A DNA stretch of 64,000 nt from Polyangiaceae bacterium (GTDB lineage: Bacteria; Myxococcota_A; Polyangia; Polyangiales; Polyangiaceae), in assembly GCA_044376115.1 (NCBI GenBank), contig JBILLK010000005.1, positions 160,001 through 224,000 of the forward strand. The letters are read 5' to 3'. Below, piece by piece: positions 38,084 to 47,993 of the stretch. Below the pieces are notes generated by a model that ran no database searches, was not told the origin of the DNA, and worked only from the letters and a program-made list of their open reading frames with translations. A program made the translations under genes and the position numbers. Numbering within the stretch: position 1 is the stretch's first letter; the number at the start of each line of letters is the position of its first letter.

Positions 38084-39031
38084 TCAGAAAGTGCCGATTA
38101 CTCCGACCGCAGCGGGACCGACGTAGGGACGCAGCTGAACCTGAGCAGCCTTTTCTTCGTTTTCCTTGGAGTCGACCGACTCATCGCCGTCGAGCCCAAC
38201 GGTGAAGGTGAGCACAAGCCCTGCCGCAGCCCCAAGTCCCCCCAACGCAAACAGCACTGTGGACGCGGTACCGAGGCTCAAGGCGGCGTCTACTTCCCCT
38301 GCGTACTGTTCCGGGCATCGATCTCCGCCGCACAGGTCCTTGACCTCGTCCGTTTTTCGGAACGCCAAAAACCCAGTGACACCTCCAGCCACCAACGCTG
38401 CGCCACCCAAAGAGTAAGCAATCGCGGCTGGAAGCATCGTTCCTCCTGAAGGCTTCTCTTCAGTTTTGGTTGGTTGCCCCGCGCTCGGATCGAGCGTCAC
38501 TGTTTTGCGTGCACGCTCCTGAAGCTCGACGCGTTCGCTCGTCTCTGGGTTGTCGCCAATCCGAGCACGAACGGTGTAGACGCCGGGATCAAATGGGAGC
38601 GGCTTTCCGAGATCAACCGTCTCGCCGTTGACCGTCGCGGTTGCTCCAGTGCTGCTCACGTTGACGGTCAGAAGAGGAATGCGAGGCTCGAGATCCTTGG
38701 CAAGCGTAGTCGCAGCTTGCTTCGCCTTCTGCGTGTTGGCCTCACTCGAAGTCTTGATCGCCTCACAGAGTTCGCTCGCTTCAACGAGCGCGCGCACAGC
38801 CACGAGAGCACGCGCAAGGTCGAGCTGGTACTGCACCTTCGGATCGAGTTCGACGGCGATACGCAGCGACTCGACCGCCTCGTCCTTCTTCTCTTGTGCG
38901 ACGAAGCGTTTGCCTTTCATCCAAGCACTTTTCGCTTGTGCGCGTTCCTTCGGTGTTGGCGCCGCGATGGCGGTTGTACCGACGAAGAACACCAGGCAAC
39001 AGACCAGGAGCTTGAGCAATGCGCGGGCCAT
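38084..39031 (-). CDS. TPR + PEGA-like exported/membrane protein
   Basis: Signal peptide, TPR-like helices, beta-sandwich, C-terminal TM helices and a beta-signal-like end. Confidence 0.75.
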   Translation of the reverse strand: MARALLKLLVCCLVFFVGTTAIAAPTPKERAQAKSAWMKGKRFVAQEKKDEAVESLRIAVELDPKVQYQLDLARALVAVRALVEASELCEAIKTSSEANTQKAKQAATTLAKDLEPRIPLLTVNVSSTGATATVNGETVDLGKPLPFDPGVYTVRARIGDNPETSERVELQERARKTVTLDPSAGQPTKTEEKPSGGTMLPAAIAYSLGGAALVAGGVTGFLAFRKTDEVKDLCGGDRCPEQYAGEVDAALSLGTASTVLFALGGLGAAAGLVLTFTVGLDGDESVDSKENEEKAAQVQLRPYVGPAAVGVIGTF

Positions 39032-39543
39032 CGTCGACGACTGTAGTGGTCTGGCGCGCCGAATTCACATAAAAACAAGCCAAATTGGCTTCGCATCGAG
39101 GCAAGAACTTTTCAGTGTGGTGCGCGATTTAGAGTGCGCCCGGCTCGCTCGTCGCTTGCGTGGCGTGGTCAAACCGATTCGACCATGCTTCATCAGCAGA
39201 GCTCCAAGCGAGCATTGTCGGGCGCGAGAAGTAGCGGAATTTGGCCGAATTGGGCTGAATTTGGCGCGTGCAATTGGTTCCACTCGTGCACGTTGCACAA
39301 CACCGGTTGATGATGCGGCCGACAAAAAACGACAAAAGGGCCGACAAAAACCAAAGGTCGTGCTGGATCTGTTTCCGGTCCTGTGATTGACTGCGCGTGA
39401 TTTCGCGGTTTCGCAGCCGAAAAACAGCGAGCCGTGAGAACAAGAACCCAAAACATTTTTTGGCGTAGCGCTTCGTCGAAGACGCCGAAAGCGAGTGTGA
39501 CTCCTGTCCCCACTAGGCAGGTTGCACTCCAAAGGAGATTCAC

Positions 39544-39885
39544 ATGGCTGGTAAGAAGACCGAGAAGAAAGAAGGCAAGAAGGCCGCAACGCTCAGCAAG
39601 AGCGGACTCATCAACGCTCTCGTCGAGGCGACGGGCGAGCTTTCGCGCAAGCAGGTGAAGGCGGTTCTCGATGCCCTCGCTGACGTCGGTTACAAGGAGC
39701 TCAAGAAGAGCAAGGTCTTCACGCTCCCCGGCTTCGCGAAGTTCCGCGTGGTTGACAAGGCTGCTACTCCGGCTCGCAAGGGCACGAACCCCTTCACCGG
39801 CGCTCCCATGCAGATCGCTGCCAAGCCGAAGAGCAAGAGCGTCCGCGCTCGTCCGATCAAGGCGATCAAAGAAGCCGTTGCTTGA
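39544..39885 (+). CDS. HU-family DNA-binding protein
   Basis: LSKSGLINAL...FTLPGFAKF...ARKGTNPFTG...IAAKP; AAGGAG RBS. Confidence 0.93.
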   Translation: MAGKKTEKKEGKKAATLSKSGLINALVEATGELSRKQVKAVLDALADVGYKELKKSKVFTLPGFAKFRVVDKAATPARKGTNPFTGAPMQIAAKPKSKSVRARPIKAIKEAVA

Positions 39886-39921
39886 AGCATGATCGAACGG
39901 GGCCGGCCCCGTTCATGACGA

Positions 39922-39954
39922 GAGAGGCCCGAGCAATTGGGCCTTTCCTTTTTT
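39922..39954 (+). terminator. rho-independent terminator after the HU gene
   Basis: GAGAGGCCCGA-GCAA-TTGGGCCTTTC stem-loop followed by a T-tract; preceded by a perfect 20-bp palindrome at 39895-39914. Confidence 0.8.
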
Positions 39955-39962
39955 GTGCTTTG

Positions 39963-40592
39963 TCAGGCCGAGAGGGCCGCCGCGAGAGCGTCGAGTTTGC
40001 GCCGCTCGGCCTTCAAGTGCGTTGTGCGACGAATCAATTCCTGACGGTCTGTTTCGGTCAGTCGCTGAAATCGCGCCTCCGCGTGGCCTTCGGTGGGCTC
40101 CACACCAGCGACCACCGTGCCACCCTTGGTAAGGCCGTGGGGAATGAATTGTACGAAAGGGTCAGGCGATTGGCGCAACAGGCCAATCAAGCGGTACGCG
40201 TTCTCGACTCCCCCAACGAGCTCAGGGTGAAAGCTGGCGTGAACGAGCTTCTCTGGCGCTGAGGCGCGAACCGATTCGGCCAACTTGTTGCCAAAACGCT
40301 CGAACGGCGAGGAGGAGAGCTGGGATAGCGGGAACACAAGGTGAGCCACGTTGGCGGAGAGGGCCCTCAACGCGGCGGTGGCGGTGGCGACGTCCGGCTG
40401 CGCGTCCAGCACGATACCTACGGCGCCCAAGCCGCTGTCGCGTTGGTGCAGAAACGGACACAAGGCGAAGGAAAGCACCACTTCATCGACGTACCGGGTC
40501 AATAGGTGGTGTACCCCCTCCGCCAGCTCCACCGCCCGGGGATGGGCTGCTGCGGTTCCAAAGAGGTGAAAGCGTTCATTCGGGGAGGCCAC
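39963..40592 (-). CDS. DUF1415-like protein
   Basis: VVLSFALCPF, ASFHP, RQSPDPFVQF. Confidence 0.6.
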   Translation of the reverse strand: MASPNERFHLFGTAAAHPRAVELAEGVHHLLTRYVDEVVLSFALCPFLHQRDSGLGAVGIVLDAQPDVATATAALRALSANVAHLVFPLSQLSSSPFERFGNKLAESVRASAPEKLVHASFHPELVGGVENAYRLIGLLRQSPDPFVQFIPHGLTKGGTVVAGVEPTEGHAEARFQRLTETDRQELIRRTTHLKAERRKLDALAAALSA

Positions 40593-40770
40593 GCCCCCTG
40601 TTTTAGCAGGTTGGTTGGATCTTTGACTTTCGTCTCGAAGCCGTCGTGCCTTCTTGTTAGGTTACGCGCGCACCATCGGATTCCCCAACAGGGCTGATGG
40701 CCGTCTCTCGGTTCGTATGGGCACTCCAAGCGAACCCCATGTCTCGAAAATCAATCTCTAAGGAGGCCGT

Positions 40771-42072
40771 GTGCCGCAGCACGCCAAGTTGACGCTAACC
40801 GTCGGTGGAAACGAGCAGTCGATCGACCTTCCCGTCATCGAGGGAACCGAGAAAGAACAGGCCCTAGACGTCGGCGCTCTTCGAGCGAAGACAGGCTACG
40901 TAGCCCTGGATCCGGCCTTCATGAACACGGCCTCGACGACGAGCGCGATCACCTTTCTAGACGGAGAACAAGGGATCCTTCGCTATCGGGGCTACCCGAT
41001 CGAACAGCTGGGTGAAAAGTCCTCCTTCGTCGAGGTCATGTACCTGTTGATCTACGGGTCGCTCCCGACGAAGCCGGAGCTTGAGAAGTTCACCAACACT
41101 CTCACGCGCCACAGCTTGATTCATGAGGACATGAAGCGGTTCTTCGACGGCTATCCGTCGACTGCTCACCCCATGGCAATTCTCAGCAGCATGGTGTGCT
41201 CGCTCTCGAGTTACTACCCGGATGCTTTGGACGTGAAGAACCGCGACGTGCTCGACATCACGATCGCTCGCCTGCTGGCAAAGGTTCCAACAATCGCCGC
41301 CTATTCATACAAGAAGTCGATCGGTCAGCCCTTCGTCTACCCGCAGAATCATCTCGATTACTGCTCCAACTTCTTGAACATGATGTTCTCGGTACCTGCC
41401 GAGCCGTACACGGTCGACCCGGATGTGCGCGCCGCCATGAACCTCCTACTCATTCTGCATGCGGACCATGAGCAGAACTGCTCCACCTCCACGGTCCGTT
41501 TGGTGGGCAGCTCTCAAGCCAACCTGTTCGCCTCCACGGCGGCCGGTATCCTGGCCCTGTGGGGTCCGTTGCACGGCGGAGCAAACCAGGAAGTGGTTGA
41601 GATGCTCGAGTCGATCCACGCCAACGGGGGCGACGTCAATCAGTTCGTCAAGCTGGCCAAAGACAAGAACTCTGGCGTTCGACTCATGGGTTTTGGCCAC
41701 CGCGTTTACAAGAACTTCGACCCGCGGGCGAAGATCATCAAAACCGCATGTGATCGCATCCTCAGCAAGCTTGGTATCAAAGACCCGCTGCTTGAGATCG
41801 CAAAGCGCCTCGAGGAGGCCGCTCTCGAAGACTCCTACTTCGTCGATCGCAAGCTCTACCCGAACGTCGACTTCTACAGTGGCATCATCTACCGCGCGCT
41901 CGGCTTCCCCACCAACATGTTCACGGTGCTCTTCGCGTTGGGCCGGCTCCCGGGCTGGATCGCCCACTGGAAGGAAATGCATGAGAACCCCACCACCAAG
42001 ATCGGCCGTCCGCGGCAGATCTACACGGGGGAATTGAGTCGGGACTACACTTCGTTCGACAAGCGCGGCTAG
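40771..42072 (+). CDS. gltA: citrate synthase (type II)
   Basis: GILRYRGYPIEQL, HADHEQNCSTS, LWGPLHGGAN, GFGHRVYK, YPNVDFYSG; AAGGAGG RBS. Confidence 0.98.
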   Translation: MPQHAKLTLTVGGNEQSIDLPVIEGTEKEQALDVGALRAKTGYVALDPAFMNTASTTSAITFLDGEQGILRYRGYPIEQLGEKSSFVEVMYLLIYGSLPTKPELEKFTNTLTRHSLIHEDMKRFFDGYPSTAHPMAILSSMVCSLSSYYPDALDVKNRDVLDITIARLLAKVPTIAAYSYKKSIGQPFVYPQNHLDYCSNFLNMMFSVPAEPYTVDPDVRAAMNLLLILHADHEQNCSTSTVRLVGSSQANLFASTAAGILALWGPLHGGANQEVVEMLESIHANGGDVNQFVKLAKDKNSGVRLMGFGHRVYKNFDPRAKIIKTACDRILSKLGIKDPLLEIAKRLEEAALEDSYFVDRKLYPNVDFYSGIIYRALGFPTNMFTVLFALGRLPGWIAHWKEMHENPTTKIGRPRQIYTGELSRDYTSFDKRG

Positions 42073-42914
42073 CCGCCAAAACGAACGAGCAACGCAAGCA
42101 AAGCCGCGGCACTCACGAGCAAGAGCGCCGCGGTTCTGCATTTCAGTTCGGCTTGCAAAAGTCGCTGAAGATGCCCCGTTCGTGAGCCGACGCTCACCGC
42201 GCCGCAGTGCACGTCGCGATACCCACCGCGCGGCACGAGTCCGAACGCGATTGCTGGTCCCTGAACCGAAGGCGTCTGTGCAGGAATGAAGACCTCGAAC
42301 CGCTTGTCTGCGGGGACAAACCGCTCACCGTCGAGCCAGCCTTCAGCCGCAGCGGCGACCGTTGCGGCTTTTCGCCGAGCAACCCTGGCGTGAAGTGCTA
42401 CTCCCAACAACGCACACAGCGAGGCCGCGGCTGGTAGCCACTCGGTAACGCGACTCAACAGTGACGGTGCTCGCTCCTGGGTCAGGTACTGCTTGTCCTT
42501 GAGCTTGACTGCACCGCTTTCGGACGTCGCCAGCCTATCGCCCGGCGCGCCCTCTAACACTGTTGTTCCGTCTTCGAAGAGGTACGCTGTTGCCGGGGTG
42601 TGACGCGCTAACGAGGCCCGTACGTGGGGTCGTCCGGGCTGCTTCAGCTCAACCCAGTCAAAGCTTCCGTCCCCACACTCTCTGGTGAGCGAGAGGCTGT
42701 CCGAACTGACCACCCGCGTCCTGCTGAGCCGCCCAGTTGGCGTTGAATGCGTCGCTTGGTCGCAGTTGCCAACGGTGAACTCTTGGGACGGCTTGAGCTT
42801 TGGCTCCTCAGCCGCCACGAACCCAAGCGAACTCCCAGCCAGCCCCACAACGAGGACCAAAGCCCCAAGGGCCGCTCGGCAGAGCTTCAGCCAGTTCAGC
42901 CAGTTGTGGAACAT
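42069..42914 (-). CDS. hypothetical membrane protein
   Basis: 281-aa ORF with three hydrophobic segments; fills the intergenic space. Confidence 0.5.
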   Translation of the reverse strand: MFHNWLNWLKLCRAALGALVLVVGLAGSSLGFVAAEEPKLKPSQEFTVGNCDQATHSTPTGRLSRTRVVSSDSLSLTRECGDGSFDWVELKQPGRPHVRASLARHTPATAYLFEDGTTVLEGAPGDRLATSESGAVKLKDKQYLTQERAPSLLSRVTEWLPAAASLCALLGVALHARVARRKAATVAAAAEGWLDGERFVPADKRFEVFIPAQTPSVQGPAIAFGLVPRGGYRDVHCGAVSVGSRTGHLQRLLQAELKCRTAALLLVSAAALLALLVRFGG

Positions 42915-42954
42915 CTTGCAGGGACGCTCCTCACCCAGGAAAAGTTCCTACGCC

Positions 42955-43164
42955 TTAATTGATTGCTGCTTGCTCAGCCTCCTCGACTTTATCGAGGGCG
43001 GTCATCATTGCGCGGGTCACGTTCTTTAAGGCCTCTTCCGATAGCCGCAGGCTCACTCCACTTGCGCTCAGGTGCAGATGAACCGTGCCACACGGACACT
43101 GGGTGATTTTGGCGGCGTCGTTTGAGGCGAGCTGGTTGTGCCGGCCGCAGGGTTTGCGTTCCAT
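42955..43164 (-). CDS. small Cys/His-containing hypothetical protein
   Basis: CGRH...QCPCGTVHLHL...SLRL; fills the gap. Confidence 0.6.
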   Translation of the reverse strand: MERKPCGRHNQLASNDAAKITQCPCGTVHLHLSASGVSLRLSEEALKNVTRAMMTALDKVEEAEQAAIN

Positions 43165-43249
43165 TGGCACAGACTACAACTCGAACCTTCTTTGGGCCAT
43201 GACGACCCACAAAGCCTCTCGAAGGAGTTAGCCTTGGGCGAGGCGGACC

Positions 43250-46200
43250 ATGGGAAAAGTAACTGCAGTAAAGATGGACGTGATCACTGAAAAGAGTGGT
43301 CACAGTGTTACTCCCATGGCGGTGAGCGTGTGCATCACGCCGGCCGCTCCAAGTCCGTTACCCATTCCGTACCCAGTCGTTGCCTCGAGCATCGAAGGGA
43401 TCACCGATGCCGCGATGCGAACCCGCGTTGAGGGAAGCCCGTGGGCGACGACGGGCTCGGTACTCAAGACCTGCCACGGTAACGAGCCAGGCACTTTGAA
43501 AGAGGTAGTGAGTCTCAACACGGCGGGGCCTGTCGCCATTATCGTGGGCGCGCCTATCGTCCTCGTTGAACTCGGAATGGCCGGCATCACCGGCAGCATC
43601 TGCGTATCCAACAAGGCGATCACGGTTGGAACCAATGGTGCTGCTAGCGGAGCGGGTGGTGCCAGTGGCGGTAGTGGAGCTGGTGGTGGTGGTGGTTCCG
43701 GTGGCGATGGCCCGGGCGGACCATCCGGCCCGTCGAATGGCGGTGGAGGTGGCGGAGGGTCCAACTCCGGCGCTGGCGGCGCTGGCGCGGGACCAGGTGC
43801 ACGCGCGACTGGTAACCCCCAGGCGCCAGGGACTTCATCCGGGCCAGCCGAGCAGCACACGTGTCAAGGCGGCCATCCGGTTGACCTGGTCACTGGGGCC
43901 GTCGTCGATAGCGCCACCGACATCGATCTGCCGGGCTGCATTCCGCTTCGTTTCAAGCGCTCGTACTCCTCGCTACGCTTTCGCGAACGTGGCGCTTCGC
44001 TCGGTGCAGGTTGGGCGCATCCGTTCGACGAGAGCGTCGCACTCGGGCCGAAGTCGATCGTCTTTCGACATGCTGAAGGCCGAGAGATTTACTTCGAGAC
44101 GGTTACCGTTGGCGCATCAACCTTCCATCGTCGTGAACGACTGACGCTGACGCGGCAGGGGACTTTTGACTTCACGATCCGTGATCATCAAGCCCGGGTT
44201 ACGAAGGTTTTTCGACCGCTGACGGCGGAGGGCGTTGCGGTCTTGCGCTCTACCTCCGATGGCTACGGCAACAGCATTGAGTTCGATTACGAGGACGGAC
44301 GTCTAGCCCGCGTGCGCGACACGGCAGGGCGGCAGGTGCTCGTTCGTTGGCGCAGCTCGCGCATCGTTCGTCTCGAGGTCGTGGTTGGAAGCTCCCCGGA
44401 GCTTTGGGTTGACTATGAGTACGACGAGCAAGGGCGGCTCACCGGCGTCTTGGACGCGCTCGGCCACGGCGAAGAGTTCGAATACGACGGCTTCGGTCGG
44501 ATGACGTCGACCACCACCAAGGCTGGTGTTCGCTTCAGCTACGTATACGACGCAGATAGCGGGCGCTGCGTCCAGACAGGAGGCCCGAACGGGCTGTACG
44601 CGCTCGAACTCGAATACGACCAGGTCAATCGACGCACCATTGTGTATGGCGAAGAGAATCGGGTGGTCGAGTGGTCGGAGCTTCCTGGCTTTGCCCGTCG
44701 CACGCTGCTTCATGATGGGCGGGTGCTCGACGAGAGTGCGTGGGACCCCGACGGATACCGGGTGGCGGTGGTCAACGGCGCTGGGGAAGGCACCCAACAT
44801 TGGTTTGACGCCTTTGGGAACGAGACGCGTCAGGTCGATGCGATGGGTCAGGCCACGCTCTGGGAGTACGACGCCGACGGTAACGTCGTACGTCGAGTCG
44901 ATGCTGACGGCGGACAAACTTCGTTCGCTCACGACCGTGCAGGCGGGCTCATCGGGATTCGTCACTCATACGGTAAGTTCTTCAACTTCACGCGCGATGA
45001 ACGCGGCCGCCTTGCGCAGATTGTCGATGAAGGCGGCCCGGTCAGGACCTTTGAGTACGACTCCCAGCACAATGTGATCGCCGAGGTGGATGCGCGAGGA
45101 TCTCGCACCGCCTTCAGCTTTGACGCGCTCGGGCGCGTGCTTACGCAAACGGACAGTCTGCAGCGGACCAGCGCAGTGACACGCGACCGGCTCGGTCGAC
45201 CGCTCGTCGTGAGGCGGCCGGGAGGTGCAACCGTACAACGGACCTTCGATCCCAACGGGAACATCCTCCGCCAGGTCAATGAAGACGGCGCCGTGATTGA
45301 GATGAGCTGGTTCGGCATGGGCAAGCTGGCCCGCCTCATTGATCCGGAGGGCCGTTCTTGGCGGCTCGACTACACTTCGCAAGAGCGTCTCGCAAAGGTT
45401 ACGAACCCTGCCGGCCAGACCTACTCCTACCGCTACGATGAAGCCGGTCACGTCGCTGAGACCATCACCTTCGACGAACGCAGGCTCTGTTACAAGCGAG
45501 ACGCCGCCGGTCGTGTGCAGCGTCTCGAGCTGCCAGACGGTACGCATCTCGACTTCGAGTACGATCGCAATGGTCGCCTTCTAAAGGAAGTCGCGAGCGA
45601 CGGCAGCGCAACGTCCTTCCGTCGCGACATGCAGGGGCGCGTCGTTGAGGCCACGCTCGCGGAGTCGGAGTACAAGCACACCACGTTTCTCGAGCGCGAT
45701 GAACGCGGCCGCATCGTGGTCGAGCGGCAAGGGGATCGCTTGCTGCGCTTCGCCTACGATCTCGACGGTCGCGTGATCGAACGCACGCTGTTCGACGGCA
45801 CCAAGACCAGCTTCAGTTACGACCGCGAGAGCTTCCTTACGCGCGTCGAGCATGCGGGCCGGAGCTTCTCGTTTGAGCGAGACGCGCTCGGGCGGGAGAC
45901 GGCGCTCCGTGAAGGTCGAGGAGTGTTCTCGCTGCAGCACCGCTATGACGATCTTGATCGACTGATCGAGCAGCGAGCGGAGGGGGTTGCGGCGGCAGAC
46001 GGCGTGCCGGCAGTGCTTGCCCAGCGGCTCTACAAGTACGACGTCGGCGGCCGCGTTTCTACGATCGACGACGGCACTTGGGGCAAGTCGACCTTTGCCT
46101 ACGACGCTGCGGGGCGGCTCGTCGGATCCACGGTTGGCGAATACCGCCAAGCGTTTCTCTACGATCCGGCAGGCGCTCTCGTTGGCGCGTTGCGAGAGTT

Positions 46201-47314
46201 AGGCGCCTCTGGTCGCCCGACAAAGTGGAAGACGTCAGCAGGCAATCGCCTGCTCGAGACCGACAGCAAGACGTATCAATACGATAAGCGCGGCCGCCGA
46301 CTCTTCGCGCGTGAAAAGAAGACCGCGCAAATAGCGGACTACGTTTGGGATATTCGCGACCGTCTCCGCGAGCTCAAGCTGAGCGACGGCTCGCGTGTCG
46401 TGATGTCTTACGATGCCTTTGGCCGACGTGTCCGCAAAGATGTCGTACGCGGAAGCAAGACCGATTCGACCGAGTTCCTCCATCACGGCAACTTCTTGTG
46501 TGCCGACCTTCAGGTTGAGCGAGGCGTGCGGAGCTTCGTTCATCACCCGCACAGCGATGCCCCACTCCTCCACTGCGAACGAAAGGAAGTATTCCTCGTC
46601 GTAACGGACCAGCTCGGCGTTCCGAAGGAGCTCATTGATGCGGGTGGCCACGTAGCTTGGTCCGCTCGACATGATGCTTGGGGCCGGGTGTTGCGGGAGA
46701 AGTGGGATCCCACCGGAGAAAAGAGTCGCGGCTATCGCGTAAGTTCGCCGTTCCGTCTGCTTGGGCAGTACGCCGATGAGGAGACCGGTCTCTGCAGCAC
46801 ACGCTTCCGCTTTTTCGATCCAGAGGTTGGGCGTTGGTGCAGCGCGGATCCTCTCGGCTTGTCAGGCGGAACGGATCTCCACGGTTTCGACGGCACGCCA
46901 ACGGTCCACGTCGATCCACTTGGCCTCAGCGCCACTGGAGCGCCACATGGTACCCCGCCAGTGGCGACGCCCTACGGTCCAGCGGAGCAAGGCACCTCGG
47001 CCGAAGCGCTCGCCGCGCGTCAACGAGTAGAGGGCGGAGCTACCCTCTACCGTATGGGGACGATGGGCCGCAGCGCAGGACCAGAGGGGCAGTTCTGGGC
47101 CCTCGAGCACCCTCATTCGCCTGGCTACGCGGCGCGCTACGGCATCCCTCAAGAAAACATCGACAGAGCCGACTTCATCGAAACCGCAACGGTTCGCCCC
47201 GGAACACCCTTCGTGACGCGCCAGGCTCCTCCAGTGGGCGCCAACCCCGGAGGTGGTATCGAGGTCGTCACACCCGAACATGGAACTAGGATGCAGGCCT
47301 TCAACGTTTTGTGA
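43250..47314 (+). CDS. Rhs polymorphic toxin: DUF4150 (PAAR-like) + DUF6531 + YD repeats + Rhs core + C-terminal toxin
   Basis: VCITPAAPSPLPIPYP, GNEPGT; GHPVDLVTG...FKRSYSS...GAGWAHPF; many YD repeats; PFRLLGQYADEETGL, DPLGL twice. Confidence 0.95.
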   Translation: MGKVTAVKMDVITEKSGHSVTPMAVSVCITPAAPSPLPIPYPVVASSIEGITDAAMRTRVEGSPWATTGSVLKTCHGNEPGTLKEVVSLNTAGPVAIIVGAPIVLVELGMAGITGSICVSNKAITVGTNGAASGAGGASGGSGAGGGGGSGGDGPGGPSGPSNGGGGGGGSNSGAGGAGAGPGARATGNPQAPGTSSGPAEQHTCQGGHPVDLVTGAVVDSATDIDLPGCIPLRFKRSYSSLRFRERGASLGAGWAHPFDESVALGPKSIVFRHAEGREIYFETVTVGASTFHRRERLTLTRQGTFDFTIRDHQARVTKVFRPLTAEGVAVLRSTSDGYGNSIEFDYEDGRLARVRDTAGRQVLVRWRSSRIVRLEVVVGSSPELWVDYEYDEQGRLTGVLDALGHGEEFEYDGFGRMTSTTTKAGVRFSYVYDADSGRCVQTGGPNGLYALELEYDQVNRRTIVYGEENRVVEWSELPGFARRTLLHDGRVLDESAWDPDGYRVAVVNGAGEGTQHWFDAFGNETRQVDAMGQATLWEYDADGNVVRRVDADGGQTSFAHDRAGGLIGIRHSYGKFFNFTRDERGRLAQIVDEGGPVRTFEYDSQHNVIAEVDARGSRTAFSFDALGRVLTQTDSLQRTSAVTRDRLGRPLVVRRPGGATVQRTFDPNGNILRQVNEDGAVIEMSWFGMGKLARLIDPEGRSWRLDYTSQERLAKVTNPAGQTYSYRYDEAGHVAETITFDERRLCYKRDAAGRVQRLELPDGTHLDFEYDRNGRLLKEVASDGSATSFRRDMQGRVVEATLAESEYKHTTFLERDERGRIVVERQGDRLLRFAYDLDGRVIERTLFDGTKTSFSYDRESFLTRVEHAGRSFSFERDALGRETALREGRGVFSLQHRYDDLDRLIEQRAEGVAAADGVPAVLAQRLYKYDVGGRVSTIDDGTWGKSTFAYDAAGRLVGSTVGEYRQAFLYDPAGALVGALRELGASGRPTKWKTSAGNRLLETDSKTYQYDKRGRRLFAREKKTAQIADYVWDIRDRLRELKLSDGSRVVMSYDAFGRRVRKDVVRGSKTDSTEFLHHGNFLCADLQVERGVRSFVHHPHSDAPLLHCERKEVFLVVTDQLGVPKELIDAGGHVAWSARHDAWGRVLREKWDPTGEKSRGYRVSSPFRLLGQYADEETGLCSTRFRFFDPEVGRWCSADPLGLSGGTDLHGFDGTPTVHVDPLGLSATGAPHGTPPVATPYGPAEQGTSAEALAARQRVEGGATLYRMGTMGRSAGPEGQFWALEHPHSPGYAARYGIPQENIDRADFIETATVRPGTPFVTRQAPPVGANPGGGIEVVTPEHGTRMQAFNVL

Positions 47315-47321
47315 GGGAACC

Positions 47322-47561
47322 GTGGCCAGAGATTACGCACTCGAAGGTAAACAGTTCGCTGATGCACTTGATAAGGAAGGCCTTACAGCAGAGGCCGCCC
47401 AAGTGCGCGACGTCATCGACTTTGCCTCCACAGGAGGCGAACTGCTGATGGGCCTTCGCTTTCGGTTGTCGGAGCTGCAGAAGGTAACGGCGTTGACGTC
47501 AACCCTTAAGGCTCGAGCTTTGGATCTCCAGACGGCGATCCAGGCTGCGCTGGCTGGTTGA
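47322..47561 (+). CDS. putative cognate immunity protein (79 aa)
   Basis: GTG 7 nt after the toxin stop with GAGGG SD; small helical protein containing ASTGGELLMGLRFRL. Confidence 0.7.
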   Translation: MARDYALEGKQFADALDKEGLTAEAAQVRDVIDFASTGGELLMGLRFRLSELQKVTALTSTLKARALDLQTAIQAALAG

Positions 47562-47576
47562 CCGACTCGCCAGACC

Positions 47577-47981
47577 ATGCGCTCTTTTGCCACTATCGTC
47601 TTGGTGCTTCACGCGCTCACCGAACTCTCTGTCGCCGTTCTCATGGGTTTTACGCCGAGTGTCTTCTTCCCCACGGGAGGGCTCGAGTTGCACGAGTTGG
47701 CTCGCTCGTTTGGTGTCGGTGCGGGCGCTGTTGGCGTGCTTTCGGTCCTGTTGCTGAAGTGGCGAGACGGCGATGCGGGGTTGATTGGGTTCCTCACGCT
47801 GGCCAGCTATCAGGCCGGCATTTGGGTCAATCAGCTGCGTTACCCGATGGCCTCAGTGCCAGCTTGGGTGCCGCCGCTCTTTCATGGATGCTTCGTGCTG
47901 GCATTCCTATGGCTCGCAGTAAGCGCCCGGGCCGCGCGGAGGGTCGCTTCTCGACCAGAAAATCGGCAGAGCTTCAGCTAG
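47577..47981 (+). CDS. small 4-TM membrane protein
   Basis: Four hydrophobic segments; operonic spacing. Confidence 0.65.
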   Translation: MRSFATIVLVLHALTELSVAVLMGFTPSVFFPTGGLELHELARSFGVGAGAVGVLSVLLLKWRDGDAGLIGFLTLASYQAGIWVNQLRYPMASVPAWVPPLFHGCFVLAFLWLAVSARAARRVASRPENRQSFS

Positions 47982-47993
47982 CATGCACCTCAC

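Noticed and set aside
43630..43800. Gly-rich GGT/GGC low-complexity run in the Rhs gene
   Set aside because: An ordinary flexible linker between DUF4150 and the Rhs body, not a DNA repeat element
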